Source: Roseibacillus sp. (GTDB lineage Bacteria > Verrucomicrobiota > Verrucomicrobiia > Verrucomicrobiales > Akkermansiaceae). Taken from it: DNA of 64,000 bases. The DNA lies in assembly GCA_965242925.1 (NCBI GenBank), contig CBDEUM010000038.1, positions 256,001 through 320,000 of the forward strand, read 5' to 3'. Below the pieces are notes generated by a model. It worked only from the letters and a program-made list of their open reading frames with translations. It was not told the origin of the DNA and did no database searches. Shown here piece after piece: positions 49,312 to 59,256 of the stretch (the first letter of the stretch is position 1; every line of letters starts with the position of its first letter). The position numbers and the translations under genes are program-made.

Positions 49312-52300
49312 TTACCGCCTGATCACCTGGAGGCGCAGGAATTCCCGGTTGCGGGAGCCAATTGGGAACGCCGATCGGTAGGTGTAGGTGGCTGTGCCGT
49401 CCCCGTGGTTCTCGATGGAGACAAGGTGGGTGTCCAGGGAGTTCCAGTTCTGGAGATCGGGGGAGATCTCTGCGCGGTAGAGAGCTTCGTCAGCAGCAAG
49501 GTTTCGCCTGAAGGAGATGTCGAGATGGTTCCGGAGTCCGGCCCCCCCTTCGTTGAGGCTCGTCAGTCCGAGGGTGATGACCGGATCTTCGGCGGGTTCA
49601 GTGTCACTGCTTCCGGTCGCAAATTCAAAGAAGGCGGAGCGCCCGTCCTGATCCGCGTCGATCCCGGGATCGCCTGCGAATGGAACCGAATCATCTCCAC
49701 CGGGGGCCCCTCCCAAGGCTACGCTGGCGCGCCAGTTCCCGGGAACCGAGTGATCGGGGTTGCTGGTTGGTGAGGAGAGGACCAGGGAGAATCCCAGTCC
49801 GTCGGGACTGGGGGGCCAGGGGAGGCTGTCACCGTAGATGAAGCGCCGGATATCCCTGTCATCCTGTCCCTGGAGGGCGATCTCCTCTCCGTTATTTGAG
49901 AGATTCCCAGCAAAAAATCCAGGTGCGATTGTGATGCCTTCGGAGGGATAGGTTTCGGCGAAGACGGCCTCGTTCCTGGCGATGACCACGCGCTGGAGTG
50001 GAGCGAGGACGAACCCCGCGGGAAACTGGTAGGTAATGCCGGCGTCGAAATGGACATCAGTCAGGTCAATGTCCCCCGTGGGGCTGATGTTCATCAGTTC
50101 GATGTACTCGGAATCCTCGCTCGCTCCGATCGGGTTGTACATGATCTCGGTGATTGCCAGGTTTCCGGGAGAGGCGGGTGTGCCCACAATAAAGGAAGCC
50201 TCGGTCAGGGCAGACCACTCCGAGTCATGGAATATCCGGGCCTTGACCGTTTCGGTCCGGGTGAGGGTGATGGGGGCGGGAGGATCGCTAGGCTTGAAGC
50301 CCGAGAGGCGGACATCAAGGCCGAGGTCTCCACTTCCGGTGCTGGACTGGTGTAATTCCACCGCCAGGAGATTACTCCCCTCTACCAGATCCCCCGGGGT
50401 TAACGGATAATCGATGGTGTAGATGTTGCTTTCGTTGCTTCCGGATTGTCCAGTTGAAGCCAAGGTGCTGTATGCGACCGTGCCGGCGGGCATGTTGGTA
50501 CGGCCGATCTCGCGCCCGTTGAGGTAAAGAATGGCTCCATCATCGCGTTTCACGTCCGCGGTGATCCTGATGAAGGAGTTTGCGTCGGTAGCGATGAAGC
50601 TTTTCCGGAAATAAATGGTAGGATGACGATTTCCCGAGGGGCCAATATCAACGATGGTGGCGAGCGATTCGCCTGAGATATCCGTGGTGCTGTCGCCCCC
50701 GAGCATGGCCGGTCCGGCTCCCCAGGCGGCATCGTTGAATCCGGGATGCTTCCAGTCAGACGAACTGTAGGAGGCATGACCCACCACCACGTTGCTGGCA
50801 CTCAGACTGGATCCAGCGTCGAGGTAGTGCCAGTCTGCAGCCTCAAAATCGAGCAGGGTGTCCAGTCTGATGCCGGTTGGAAGTGATTGTGCGGTTGGGT
50901 TGACGGATCCTCCCTGCTGACGGGGGTCTGAGCCATCGAGGGTATAGTGAATGGTGCCCTCCGCTCCGGTGATATTGAGATCAAATCCGTCAGGAACGAC
51001 TCCGCCAGACTGGCTTAGAATGGGTGCATCAATACCGGGAAAGAGATCATTGGCACGCAGTTCCCGGATAGTGGAGCGGCTGTCGTTCTGGTCGTGCAGA
51101 GTGGGGATGTAGTTATTGATGACGTTGTCGCGTTCCACCACCCAGTGCTGTTCGCGGGTGAAATAGATCGGGTTGTTGACGGTGGGTGGGTGGTAGTCGG
51201 CATTGATATCACGGGACGATCCGGGGGTGTTTCCGTAGGGTGTGGTAGCCTGAGTGTCACCCCAGCGAGCTGACTCGGCCACGATGGCCTTGTCGATCCG
51301 GTTGGCGAGTCCGAGGTATCGGTCTATGGAAGCCTGTTCACTCAGAGCCCCTTCGTTGAAGAGGTGCTTTTGTACGCGGTCCGCGAAGAGCATGCGGAAT
51401 TCAGCGTTTCGACGCAGTCGCTGGAAGGGTGCGCCTGCCCCACTGGAGCTGCCGTAGCGGTTCCAGGAGAACTTATCGAGGACGATCTCCTGATCCCAGC
51501 ACCAGAAGCGGTATTTACCATCGCCACTCCTGATATTGGCGGCGGCGTCACCATTGTGGTGCGGCCAGTCCTCCGAATCGGCATAAAAGTGGAGGAGCAT
51601 GTAATCCGCGAAGTTAACTACATCGAGGTAATTCTTGATGGAGTTGTAGACCCTGTTGTCCGCAATGTTGCCGTTGGCGATACTCATCATCCGGTTCCAG
51701 CGGGATCCGCCCCCACTGAGATCCTTGTTGACCTCCCAGTCCTCCTTCGCGCCGCCGAGGTGTTCAGCCCAGAAGTTGTCCTCTAGGCGCTCGGTGAGGT
51801 TATGGAGGCCGAAGTAGAGCCCATTGACGTAGAGATGGACGAAATTCCCGTGGCTTGAGGGCTGCCCCATGTCCCGCAAGCTCTCTTTCATCCAGACGTC
51901 GCGGATATACTGGGAATCATTCGGGCGGTAGCGCGAACTGCCCCAGGAGACAAGGCCCCAGGAATCGGTGAAGCAGGCGCGCAGGACGAGCTTGTTGAAC
52001 CGGTCGACCGGGGATTCCGGAAAGAGGGGGTATTCCAGACGCCCAGGCCCGCCAAATTCAGTGGTGAAGGTCACGCGAAGGGAATGTTTCTGCATGCGGT
52101 AGGGACGACGACTGGCATTCCCATGAACCTCGATCTTGGCGTCGACCTGGAATCCAGGTTCCCCGTCGGGACGAATATACTCAACGGAACAGGGGCGTTC
52201 GAAACGGCTTTGCGGGTTGGAATACATGCCGGTGTCGGGCGAGGAGTTGTCGTTGAGAAAATCGGACGGCTTCATCGCGATCGAGACCGAGGGAATATCG

Positions 52301-54618
52301 AGGAGGGCTTCCGCTACGCTGTAACCCGGGAGCGTGTTGTTGACGACGCGCCGGTCCATCGCGTAATCGGCAGGCACGATGGATCCGGCATCGGAGCTGT
52401 AGTTCCAGTCGGTGGGCCAGCCGCGCGGGGCCGCAGGTTGCCGGGCGACTCTGTCGACGAAGATATACGTCTGGGTGTCTGTGTTGGTCGAAAGCCAGTC
52501 CGCCTTGTAGGCGACTGCGCGCAAGGTGGTGGTGGTGTTGATGGAGACCGGTTCACTGTAGATCGTGCCACGGGTAGGCGATGGTTTCGAGCCGTCGGTG
52601 GTATAGCGGATGGAGGCGTCGCGGGAATCGCTGGAGATGGAGACTGAGATCGGGGCGCTGTAGAATCCGCGATCGACATCGAATCTGGTGTCCTTGACTA
52701 CCCCCGGGAATCCGTTCCCGTTGGCAGCCCCGGGGGTAGGGGGACTGAAGAATCGAGGGGACCCGGTGTCGGCCTGTGAACCGTAGGAAATGTCGGTGAA
52801 CTGCCCGGGGAAGGAGGGGTGGAAGGCGTCATCGATGGTCGCGCCGTCCGGGCGCACGATGGCAAGGTATTCACCGACGGCCTCGAGCTTGAAGTTGGTA
52901 TGCGGATTTCCTTCGGGATCGACCTGGTTGATCCCGGAAGCGAAGACCACGAGGTAGTCATTTCCGGAGATGACAACGTCCGGGAATGCCCACTTGGTGA
53001 GGTTGTCGGGATCGTCGGTCAGGTAGTAGGAGTTGAGATTGAGCGCGATGGGATTGGGGTTATAGATTTCGATCCAGTCCTCGCGGGTGTCGAATCCGTC
53101 CCGCAGGCCGGTTCGATTGCCTGCAAGGATCTCGTTGATAACGAGAGGGAGGAGGAGATCGGGGAAGTTGGCCGGATTGTTCGGGTCAGAGCCCCCGTTG
53201 ATTTCAACCGGATCGCCGAAGCCGTCCCCATCGCTGTCGACCATGTTGGGGTTGGTGAGATGTCCGTTGTCGAGCGAGATTTCAGTTGCATCATCAAGGC
53301 CGTCCCCATCGGTGTCCCTGAGGAGGGGGCTGGATCCGGGATTCGTCGCTCCATTGAAGACTCCGCTCCCGTTTTCGAGGTCGTCGTTCAGTCCGTCGCC
53401 ATCCGTGTCACTCCTGACAGGGTTGCTGCCGAGGGTCTGCTCCTGCAGGTTGCTGAGGAGGTCGCCGTCATTGTTGCCGACTCCCGTGGCGGTGGTGACG
53501 TTGCCGAACCAGGTGAGTTCCCATCCGTCATCGAGGCCATCGAAATCGGAGTCGTTGACCAGTTCCAGGGGGAAGGCCTTCTGGTAAGTGTGCCCGAGGA
53601 GATCGGTAGTCTGCACCCGCACGGAAAGGATTGTCCCGGCGGCAAAGGTAGTGAGGTCACGGTTGGTGTGGAGTTGATCGCCCACAATGTCGAACTCTCC
53701 ATTGTGATTGTCCCCGGCGCCGGGGATCAGACTGTATGTGAAGGAATCCCCGGGGGTGATATCCGTGGAAGTCAGGGTTCCGACCACGGTTCCCACGATG
53801 GCACTGTGCGAGATCGTGTTACCGGAAAGGGCGAGGTCGGTAGGAGAATCCGGAGGACTGGTCTGGGTGATTTCGAAGCCGTTAATGACCGCGAACTGGG
53901 TGTGGACCGAGGTGGTCGACAACGGGATCACACGCAGGATGAGGTCCTGCCCGGGCATGGCCTGGAAATCAAATTCAACGGTGGAAGGCAGGGTTTCGGG
54001 GTGGGGACCGCCATAGGTCTGAGCGCTGGCAGGATTGCCTCCCGGGGAGCTATCGGTCTGCCGGAAGGCACCCCCTGCTTCCGGGCCCTCCACCAGGGTA
54101 TAGGAGCCGCCTCCATTGGTGGAATACTCGACCAGGAAGAGCCCGTTCATGTGCTCGGTATCATGATGGAAGGAGCGCCAGTGATAGGTCGCAGCCGGCA
54201 GGTTCTCGAGGGTGAAGGTGATTCGGGTGGGGGTGCCGTTCACGCCGTCATAGTCACCATTCCCGCCATTGCCGCTGCGGGTGTCGACTCCGATCCAGTC
54301 GGTGACGAGGTCCAGTTTGCTCCCGGTCCAGTTCCCGTCGTTGCCGCTGCCGCGGTCAATCATCTGTTGCACGCGTCTGTCGCTGGAGTCCGGGAAATCG
54401 ACCGTAAGGGAGATGGTGGTTCCGAAGATGCTGTAGTCACGGGGAGAGAGGAAATCGGAGGTGCTCTCATGGGCCGCGTCGTAGGAATGGTAGCCGGTCT
54501 CGGGGTGCGGTCCTCCGTCATTGCTGGTTGAATTGAAGTCGATGAAGAACTGGGCGGAGCAAGGTGAGGCATGGGCGGCGAGCAACAGGATGCCTAGGAT
54601 GGGTTTGCGGAAGTTCAT
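49312..54618 (-). CDS. Large surface protein: cadherin-like, Ca-binding DxDGDG repeats, lamin-tail domains, Fn3-associated, CotH kinase
   Basis: DTDGDGL repeats, VINEILA...DWIEIYN, IRYTTDGS, HLYVNGLYFG, DWP, WDQE, ITEIMYNP, C-terminal REFLRLQV. Confidence 0.85.
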   Translation of the reverse strand: MNFRKPILGILLLAAHASPCSAQFFIDFNSTSNDGGPHPETGYHSYDAAHESTSDFLSPRDYSIFGTTISLTVDFPDSSDRRVQQMIDRGSGNDGNWTGSKLDLVTDWIGVDTRSGNGGNGDYDGVNGTPTRITFTLENLPAATYHWRSFHHDTEHMNGLFLVEYSTNGGGSYTLVEGPEAGGAFRQTDSSPGGNPASAQTYGGPHPETLPSTVEFDFQAMPGQDLILRVIPLSTTSVHTQFAVINGFEITQTSPPDSPTDLALSGNTISHSAIVGTVVGTLTSTDITPGDSFTYSLIPGAGDNHNGEFDIVGDQLHTNRDLTTFAAGTILSVRVQTTDLLGHTYQKAFPLELVNDSDFDGLDDGWELTWFGNVTTATGVGNNDGDLLSNLQEQTLGSNPVRSDTDGDGLNDDLENGSGVFNGATNPGSSPLLRDTDGDGLDDATEISLDNGHLTNPNMVDSDGDGFGDPVEINGGSDPNNPANFPDLLLPLVINEILAGNRTGLRDGFDTREDWIEIYNPNPIALNLNSYYLTDDPDNLTKWAFPDVVISGNDYLVVFASGINQVDPEGNPHTNFKLEAVGEYLAIVRPDGATIDDAFHPSFPGQFTDISYGSQADTGSPRFFSPPTPGAANGNGFPGVVKDTRFDVDRGFYSAPISVSISSDSRDASIRYTTDGSKPSPTRGTIYSEPVSINTTTTLRAVAYKADWLSTNTDTQTYIFVDRVARQPAAPRGWPTDWNYSSDAGSIVPADYAMDRRVVNNTLPGYSVAEALLDIPSVSIAMKPSDFLNDNSSPDTGMYSNPQSRFERPCSVEYIRPDGEPGFQVDAKIEVHGNASRRPYRMQKHSLRVTFTTEFGGPGRLEYPLFPESPVDRFNKLVLRACFTDSWGLVSWGSSRYRPNDSQYIRDVWMKESLRDMGQPSSHGNFVHLYVNGLYFGLHNLTERLEDNFWAEHLGGAKEDWEVNKDLSGGGSRWNRMMSIANGNIADNRVYNSIKNYLDVVNFADYMLLHFYADSEDWPHHNGDAAANIRSGDGKYRFWCWDQEIVLDKFSWNRYGSSSGAGAPFQRLRRNAEFRMLFADRVQKHLFNEGALSEQASIDRYLGLANRIDKAIVAESARWGDTQATTPYGNTPGSSRDINADYHPPTVNNPIYFTREQHWVVERDNVINNYIPTLHDQNDSRSTIRELRANDLFPGIDAPILSQSGGVVPDGFDLNITGAEGTIHYTLDGSDPRQQGGSVNPTAQSLPTGIRLDTLLDFEAADWHYLDAGSSLSASNVVVGHASYSSSDWKHPGFNDAAWGAGPAMLGGDSTTDISGESLATIVDIGPSGNRHPTIYFRKSFIATDANSFIRITADVKRDDGAILYLNGREIGRTNMPAGTVAYSTLASTGQSGSNESNIYTIDYPLTPGDLVEGSNLLAVELHQSSTGSGDLGLDVRLSGFKPSDPPAPITLTRTETVKARIFHDSEWSALTEASFIVGTPASPGNLAITEIMYNPIGASEDSEYIELMNISPTGDIDLTDVHFDAGITYQFPAGFVLAPLQRVVIARNEAVFAETYPSEGITIAPGFFAGNLSNNGEEIALQGQDDRDIRRFIYGDSLPWPPSPDGLGFSLVLSSPTSNPDHSVPGNWRASVALGGAPGGDDSVPFAGDPGIDADQDGRSAFFEFATGSSDTEPAEDPVITLGLTSLNEGGAGLRNHLDISFRRNLAADEALYRAEISPDLQNWNSLDTHLVSIENHGDGTATYTYRSAFPIGSRNREFLRLQVIRR

Positions 54619-54710
54619 CAGGGGGTCCTCAGGAACCTAGCGGCCTGGTGGGGTAATCGCAACTTTTCCGGGGCGCCGCTTCCGCGCCTTGCCCCCTCAT
54701 CCAGAATATG

Positions 54711-54738
54711 AAAAAGGCCGGCGGGAAGCCGGCCTTTT
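54711..54738 (-). terminator. Rho-independent terminator after the PEP-CTERM gene, potentially bidirectional
   Basis: AAAAAGGCCGGC-GGGAA-GCCGGCCTTTT. Confidence 0.85.
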
Positions 54739-54765
54739 GAAGGATCGATTCTGTTCGATCAAGGG

Positions 54766-55638
54766 TTAGCGACGACGCCGGGCGAGCAGGCCCAGCCCGA
54801 TCAAGCCCAACAGAGCGGTCGAGGGCTCAGGAACGGCGTTGAGGGGAGTCGCGAAGTCGATGGCGTTGATGAGCGCCTGAGTGCCCGCCGGAGTCATGTT
54901 GGCGAGATCGTTTGCGCCGTTGTTGCCGGCGTTCGGGTCATTGTCCGTGTTGAAGAGGAGGCGAATTCCCGGGAAGGTATCCACATCCGCAGCGGCGGGA
55001 TTACCCGGGGCGGATCCGATGGACCAGTAGGCAGCGAGGGTATCACCTCCCACGGTCGCCAGAATGGTCCCCCCACCAAAGGCGGTCGACCCTTGTCCGA
55101 GACCATTGAAGTTATCGGCGGCCGCGGCCACCGCGGAGAGCAAGTCGTGCGAGCCAGCCGCCAGACCAAGGATGGATGCCCCACCAGCGGTCACGAGTGA
55201 CTCATCACCGCCGATCTGCTGACCTGTCGTCGTGCTGCTGCCGTGCCAGCCCATACGATTGCCGTTCTGGCGCACGGTGTAGCTGGTTAAGCTGACCACC
55301 GGGATGGTGAGCGAGTTGTAGCCGGAAGCGTCGAAGTTGTCGTAATGGCCGCTCGACAGGGATCGTCCAATGACCACGACATCGGCGGCACCGCCACCCG
55401 CAAATGCTCCCGTCCCATTGAGGGCGTCCTGAGTTCCGGCGGCATTGAAATTTGCCCAATTCGAATGCCGGATCTCGGTCACATTGGTAAAATTGGTGGA
55501 GAGGAAGGTTTCGATGTTCCCCGCTGAGTCTGCTGGAACCAAGTCGGAGAGCATGATGACCAATGCCGAGGACGGAGCGGTGCTGAGGCCGAGGACGAGT
55601 AAGGATGCCAGGGCGCCAAGTTTGTTGTGGATCTTCAT
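54766..55638 (-). CDS. PEP-CTERM sorting-domain protein
   Basis: Signal peptide; ends VPEPSTALLGLIGLGLLARRRR. Confidence 0.92.
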   Translation of the reverse strand: MKIHNKLGALASLLVLGLSTAPSSALVIMLSDLVPADSAGNIETFLSTNFTNVTEIRHSNWANFNAAGTQDALNGTGAFAGGGAADVVVIGRSLSSGHYDNFDASGYNSLTIPVVSLTSYTVRQNGNRMGWHGSSTTTGQQIGGDESLVTAGGASILGLAAGSHDLLSAVAAAADNFNGLGQGSTAFGGGTILATVGGDTLAAYWSIGSAPGNPAAADVDTFPGIRLLFNTDNDPNAGNNGANDLANMTPAGTQALINAIDFATPLNAVPEPSTALLGLIGLGLLARRRR

Positions 55639-55815
55639 GAGAGTGGTGATTCGCGCTGAGTGAGATGACAAAAACCGCAGAGATTAGTCAAGGAATACTC
55701 AGAGCCTTTAGCTTTCCAAACCCTTAAAGTTTCCTGACTGGAAATGCAAGACATGTGATCAGGTGGCCGGGAGCAAAGAGAAACCCGCTGTTTACCGGGT
55801 CAGGGGGCACAGTGC

Positions 55816-56748
55816 TCACTTCCGGAGGAGGGTGCTCAGCATCTCCGAGGTCACCGCGAGGGAGATTTCCAGGCTATCGCGTGAGATGCGCCGCAGATTG
55901 TCCGCCTCGGTGTGCCACCAGCCAAACTGACTGAAATCGCCGATGACATCGATGGTGGGGATGCCGGCATTGTTGAGTGCGACGTGGTCGTCCATGATGG
56001 GATTGAGGCTCCTGGTGAAGCGATCCAAGCTGCTGGTTTTACGGGCGGCGTCCAGGAGGGCGTCCTCAAGGAATGATGGAGTGTCGGAAGGATAACGGAT
56101 TTTCAGATCCTTGTGCCCGATCATGTCCAGGATGATTCCAAATGAAGGGCTTCTGGCGGCGGTGCGCCAATGCTGCGCGTAATGCCTGCTCCCGTAGAGA
56201 CCATCACTGGGACTGATGTTCTGCCCGAAGGCTTCCTCACCATCGAAGAAAACGAGTTCGATCCGGGAAGCTTTTCCGGGGTCGTCCCGGAGCTGGCGGG
56301 CTAACTCGAGGATGACGCCCACCGCGGAGGCCGCATCATCAGCCCCGATGAATCGTCGGCCGGGGTAGAACTTGGAATCGATGTGGGCACCAAGCAGGCC
56401 GTCGATCTGATCTTCGGTGGCGGACCCAAACCGGGCGATGAGGTTAATGAAACGCAACTGCTTCCCAAGGGGGGCTACCTGCTGGGTGAAGGGCTGGGGA
56501 GTGACGGTCCATCCGATCTGTTCCAGTTGGTCCGTGATGTAGGCACGTGTATTCTTGAGGGCGGCCGACTCGGTGGGGCGGGGGCCAAAGGAGAGGATTT
56601 CGCGGGTGTGGGCGTAGGCCGCACGCGCGCCCGTATGGGCGCGTTCGGGGGGGAGTTTGGGTTTGTTTTTCCTGCAACCCGGAAGGAGGCCGCACATGAT
56701 TGGAGCGGCGAGCAGGGAGAAAAGGGCAAAAAAGAGTCGGCGGTTCAT
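55816..56748 (-). CDS. M28 peptidase/glutaminyl cyclase-like lipoprotein
   Basis: GAHIDSK, GADDAAS, FDGEEA, LDMIG, DDH, WHT. Confidence 0.85.
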   Translation of the reverse strand: MNRRLFFALFSLLAAPIMCGLLPGCRKNKPKLPPERAHTGARAAYAHTREILSFGPRPTESAALKNTRAYITDQLEQIGWTVTPQPFTQQVAPLGKQLRFINLIARFGSATEDQIDGLLGAHIDSKFYPGRRFIGADDAASAVGVILELARQLRDDPGKASRIELVFFDGEEAFGQNISPSDGLYGSRHYAQHWRTAARSPSFGIILDMIGHKDLKIRYPSDTPSFLEDALLDAARKTSSLDRFTRSLNPIMDDHVALNNAGIPTIDVIGDFSQFGWWHTEADNLRRISRDSLEISLAVTSEMLSTLLRK

Positions 56749-56781
56749 GGGGTTGCTCCGCGCTTGCAGGCCCGAAGAAAC

Positions 56782-57726
56782 CTACAGGTCCTCGGTCGAT
56801 ACTCCCAGAACATCCAGGAGTCGCCCCAGATCGTCATTGCCGTAGTATTCCAGTTCGATGCGCCCCTTCTTAGGGGTGTGGGAAATGGAAACGTGGGTGG
56901 TAAAGTGCTCCCGCAAACGGGAGGTGAGGGAGCGAACCATGGCCTCCGTTTCGGGGTCATTGGTCTTGGGGCCTTTCCCAGACTCCGATCCGTTGCCGGC
57001 CTGCAGCTGCTGCACCAGTTTCTCGGTAGCCCGCACGGTGAGGCGCCGGCGCATCACCTGTTCCGCGATTTCACGTTGCTCTCGCTTTACCTTGATCCCG
57101 AGGATTGCCTTGGCGTGTCCGACCGTGATGAGCCCGTCAGCGACAAATTTCTGGATGTCCTTGTGCAGGTCAAGGAGTCGCATGGAGTTGGCCACCGTGG
57201 CGCGGGACTTGCCCACGCGTTTGGCGATTTCGTCCTGCCTCATGTCGAACTCCTTGGCGAGTTTGACATACCCGTTGGCTTCTTCGATGGCGTTGAGATC
57301 CTGGCGTTGCAGGTTTTCCACCAGGGCCATTTCGAGAACCTCGCGGTCACTGGCCTTGCGGACGATGACCGGAACGGTTTCCAGTTCGAGCTTTTGACAG
57401 GCACGCCAGCGGCGTTCTCCCGCGATCAGTTCGAACTTGCCCCGCACCCGGCGCGTGATGAGAGGTTGGATGATCCCGTGAGCCCGGATCGACTCAACCA
57501 GTTCCTCCAGATTGCTTTCAGGAATGTCGCCGCGTGGCTGGAGCGGACTCTTGACCACGTCAGTGATGGCGACCTCGCTTACTTCCGATCCGGGTTCCTT
57601 GTCGTCCTTGCTCTTGGCGCGCTTTTTCGCTGTCGAAGCAGATCGGTTGCTTTTTGCCGGGGCGCTTTTCGTTGTCGGCTTCCTGATGAGGGCCCCCAAT
57701 CCTTTTCCTAGCGCCTGTTTCGCCAT
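56782..57726 (-). CDS. parB: Chromosome partitioning protein ParB/Spo0J
   Basis: ALGKGLGALI, GIIQP, LIAGERRWRA, ENLQRQDL, HTH GKSRATVAN. Confidence 0.93.
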   Translation of the reverse strand: MAKQALGKGLGALIRKPTTKSAPAKSNRSASTAKKRAKSKDDKEPGSEVSEVAITDVVKSPLQPRGDIPESNLEELVESIRAHGIIQPLITRRVRGKFELIAGERRWRACQKLELETVPVIVRKASDREVLEMALVENLQRQDLNAIEEANGYVKLAKEFDMRQDEIAKRVGKSRATVANSMRLLDLHKDIQKFVADGLITVGHAKAILGIKVKREQREIAEQVMRRRLTVRATEKLVQQLQAGNGSESGKGPKTNDPETEAMVRSLTSRLREHFTTHVSISHTPKKGRIELEYYGNDDLGRLLDVLGVSTEDL

Positions 57727-57931
57727 GTCCGGCGAGATTAGGCCAGACCCTCCGGCAAGAGCAAAGCTCATTTCGTCATTTAATCTAACAGGGGTTTGAA
57801 GCCCTGGTCGGGCTAAGGAGGAGGTTCCCCATGAGGGAGGAGTGAATTTTCCGGATGATTCCATTGGGGGGAGGTTCCGTCCCCGGGGCTGGAGCTTGAC
57901 GACTGGCTTCCCCTGTCCCAGAAATACCCCC

Positions 57932-58567
57932 GTGAGGAGTGTTTTGTTGTCCGTGCTGATTGCGGCCTTTGTGGTGGGAGACTTTCGACAGGCAGCGGCC
58001 CAGGGAGATGGCAGGGTGCCGCAGTCCGTGCTGGACCAGGCTGAGGTGGCTACGCGGGCAATGGGCCAGCAGGTGCTGCAGGGAAATTTCAGGATTACCC
58101 TGGAGCGCATGTATCCCCGCTGGAAAAAGCGGGCCGCCAAGAAGCTCCAGGGAGGGCAGGTTGAGTTGGCCAGACGCCTTGCCGAAATCCCCAAGGAGAT
58201 GGCCAGGCAGGGGATTTCCATGCTGAATTACGAGGTCCGGAAACCGACCAGTGCCCACGAGGTGGTCCTGTTGCGGGGAGAGGATAAGGAGGGTCAACCG
58301 ATCAACATGTATCTTGAATGGCTGGTCTTCGTTCCCACCCGGGCGGAATACCGCGTCATTGATCCAAAGACCCGTTTACCGAGAAAAATTGAGACTCTGG
58401 GGTTTCAGGTCGCGGTGAACAAGAAAGGGACTCCCGACTGGCACTTCATAGACGGACGGAATTGCAGCATCGCAGACCTGAGAAGTTTTTTTCCCAGCCT
58501 TCCTAGGGATCAGAAGCTCCTCGGGTTGCCTCAAGTTGGCGGAGGAGAGATACGACGGGAGCCTTGA
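57932..58567 (+). CDS. Secreted hypothetical protein
   Basis: Signal-peptide-like start, WHFIDG motif, fills the gap between parB and the SET gene. Confidence 0.65.
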   Translation: MRSVLLSVLIAAFVVGDFRQAAAQGDGRVPQSVLDQAEVATRAMGQQVLQGNFRITLERMYPRWKKRAAKKLQGGQVELARRLAEIPKEMARQGISMLNYEVRKPTSAHEVVLLRGEDKEGQPINMYLEWLVFVPTRAEYRVIDPKTRLPRKIETLGFQVAVNKKGTPDWHFIDGRNCSIADLRSFFPSLPRDQKLLGLPQVGGGEIRREP

Positions 58568-58621
58568 TCCCGGTGATCAGGAGGAAGTAGAACTGAACTC
58601 GATTAGCGCTACAAGAGGATC

Positions 58622-59236
58622 ATGGGAAAATCGAAGAAGGCAGGGTCGAACACCAGAGGGAAGGGGAAGAAACTGAAAAAGGCGGCCCGCCTCCGGCGCC
58701 AACTGGAACAGTTGATGGAGCGGGCAAAGAGCGAATACTGCGAAGTACGGAACTCGGACATTCATGGCACGGGGGTCTATGCGTCAAAGCCAATACCTTC
58801 GGGTAAGCGCATCATCGAGTATATCGGAGAAAAGATCGACAAGGAGGAGAGCGAAAAGCGTGCCACAACTCAGATGGAGCATGCCGAGAAGACTGGGGAC
58901 GCAGCAGTCTACATTTTCACCCTGAACAAGAAGTGGGATCTCGACGGAAACGTCTCCTGGAACACGGCCCGTCTCCTGAATCACTCCTGCGCTCCCAATT
59001 GCGAGGCATGGATAGAGGAGAATCAGATCTTTCTCTATGCCCTGCGGGAAATCGATACGGGGGAGGAGCTCACCTTTGATTACGGGTTTGATATCGAAAA
59101 TTATGAAGATCATCCCTGCCTCTGTGGAAATGATGACTGCGTGGGCTACATCGTGAGCCGGGACAACTGGCCGGAACTCAAGGAGCGACTCGCCGAAAAA
59201 GAAAAGGCCGAGGGAACGGGGGCAATCGCAAGTTAG
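58622..59236 (+). CDS. SET-domain protein-lysine methyltransferase with post-SET
   Basis: IHGTGVYA, IIEYIGE, RLLNHSCAPN, ELTFDYG, CLCGNDDC. Confidence 0.92.
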   Translation: MGKSKKAGSNTRGKGKKLKKAARLRRQLEQLMERAKSEYCEVRNSDIHGTGVYASKPIPSGKRIIEYIGEKIDKEESEKRATTQMEHAEKTGDAAVYIFTLNKKWDLDGNVSWNTARLLNHSCAPNCEAWIEENQIFLYALREIDTGEELTFDYGFDIENYEDHPCLCGNDDCVGYIVSRDNWPELKERLAEKEKAEGTGAIAS

Positions 59237-59256
59237 AGAAGAAAGGAACCCACCTG

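Noticed and set aside
52819..54531. 570-aa + strand ORF and other long antisense ORFs (e.g. 8208-9407, 56383-57711, 62216-63253)
   Set aside because: They lie opposite well-supported genes, have no motifs, and are expected in GC-rich DNA.
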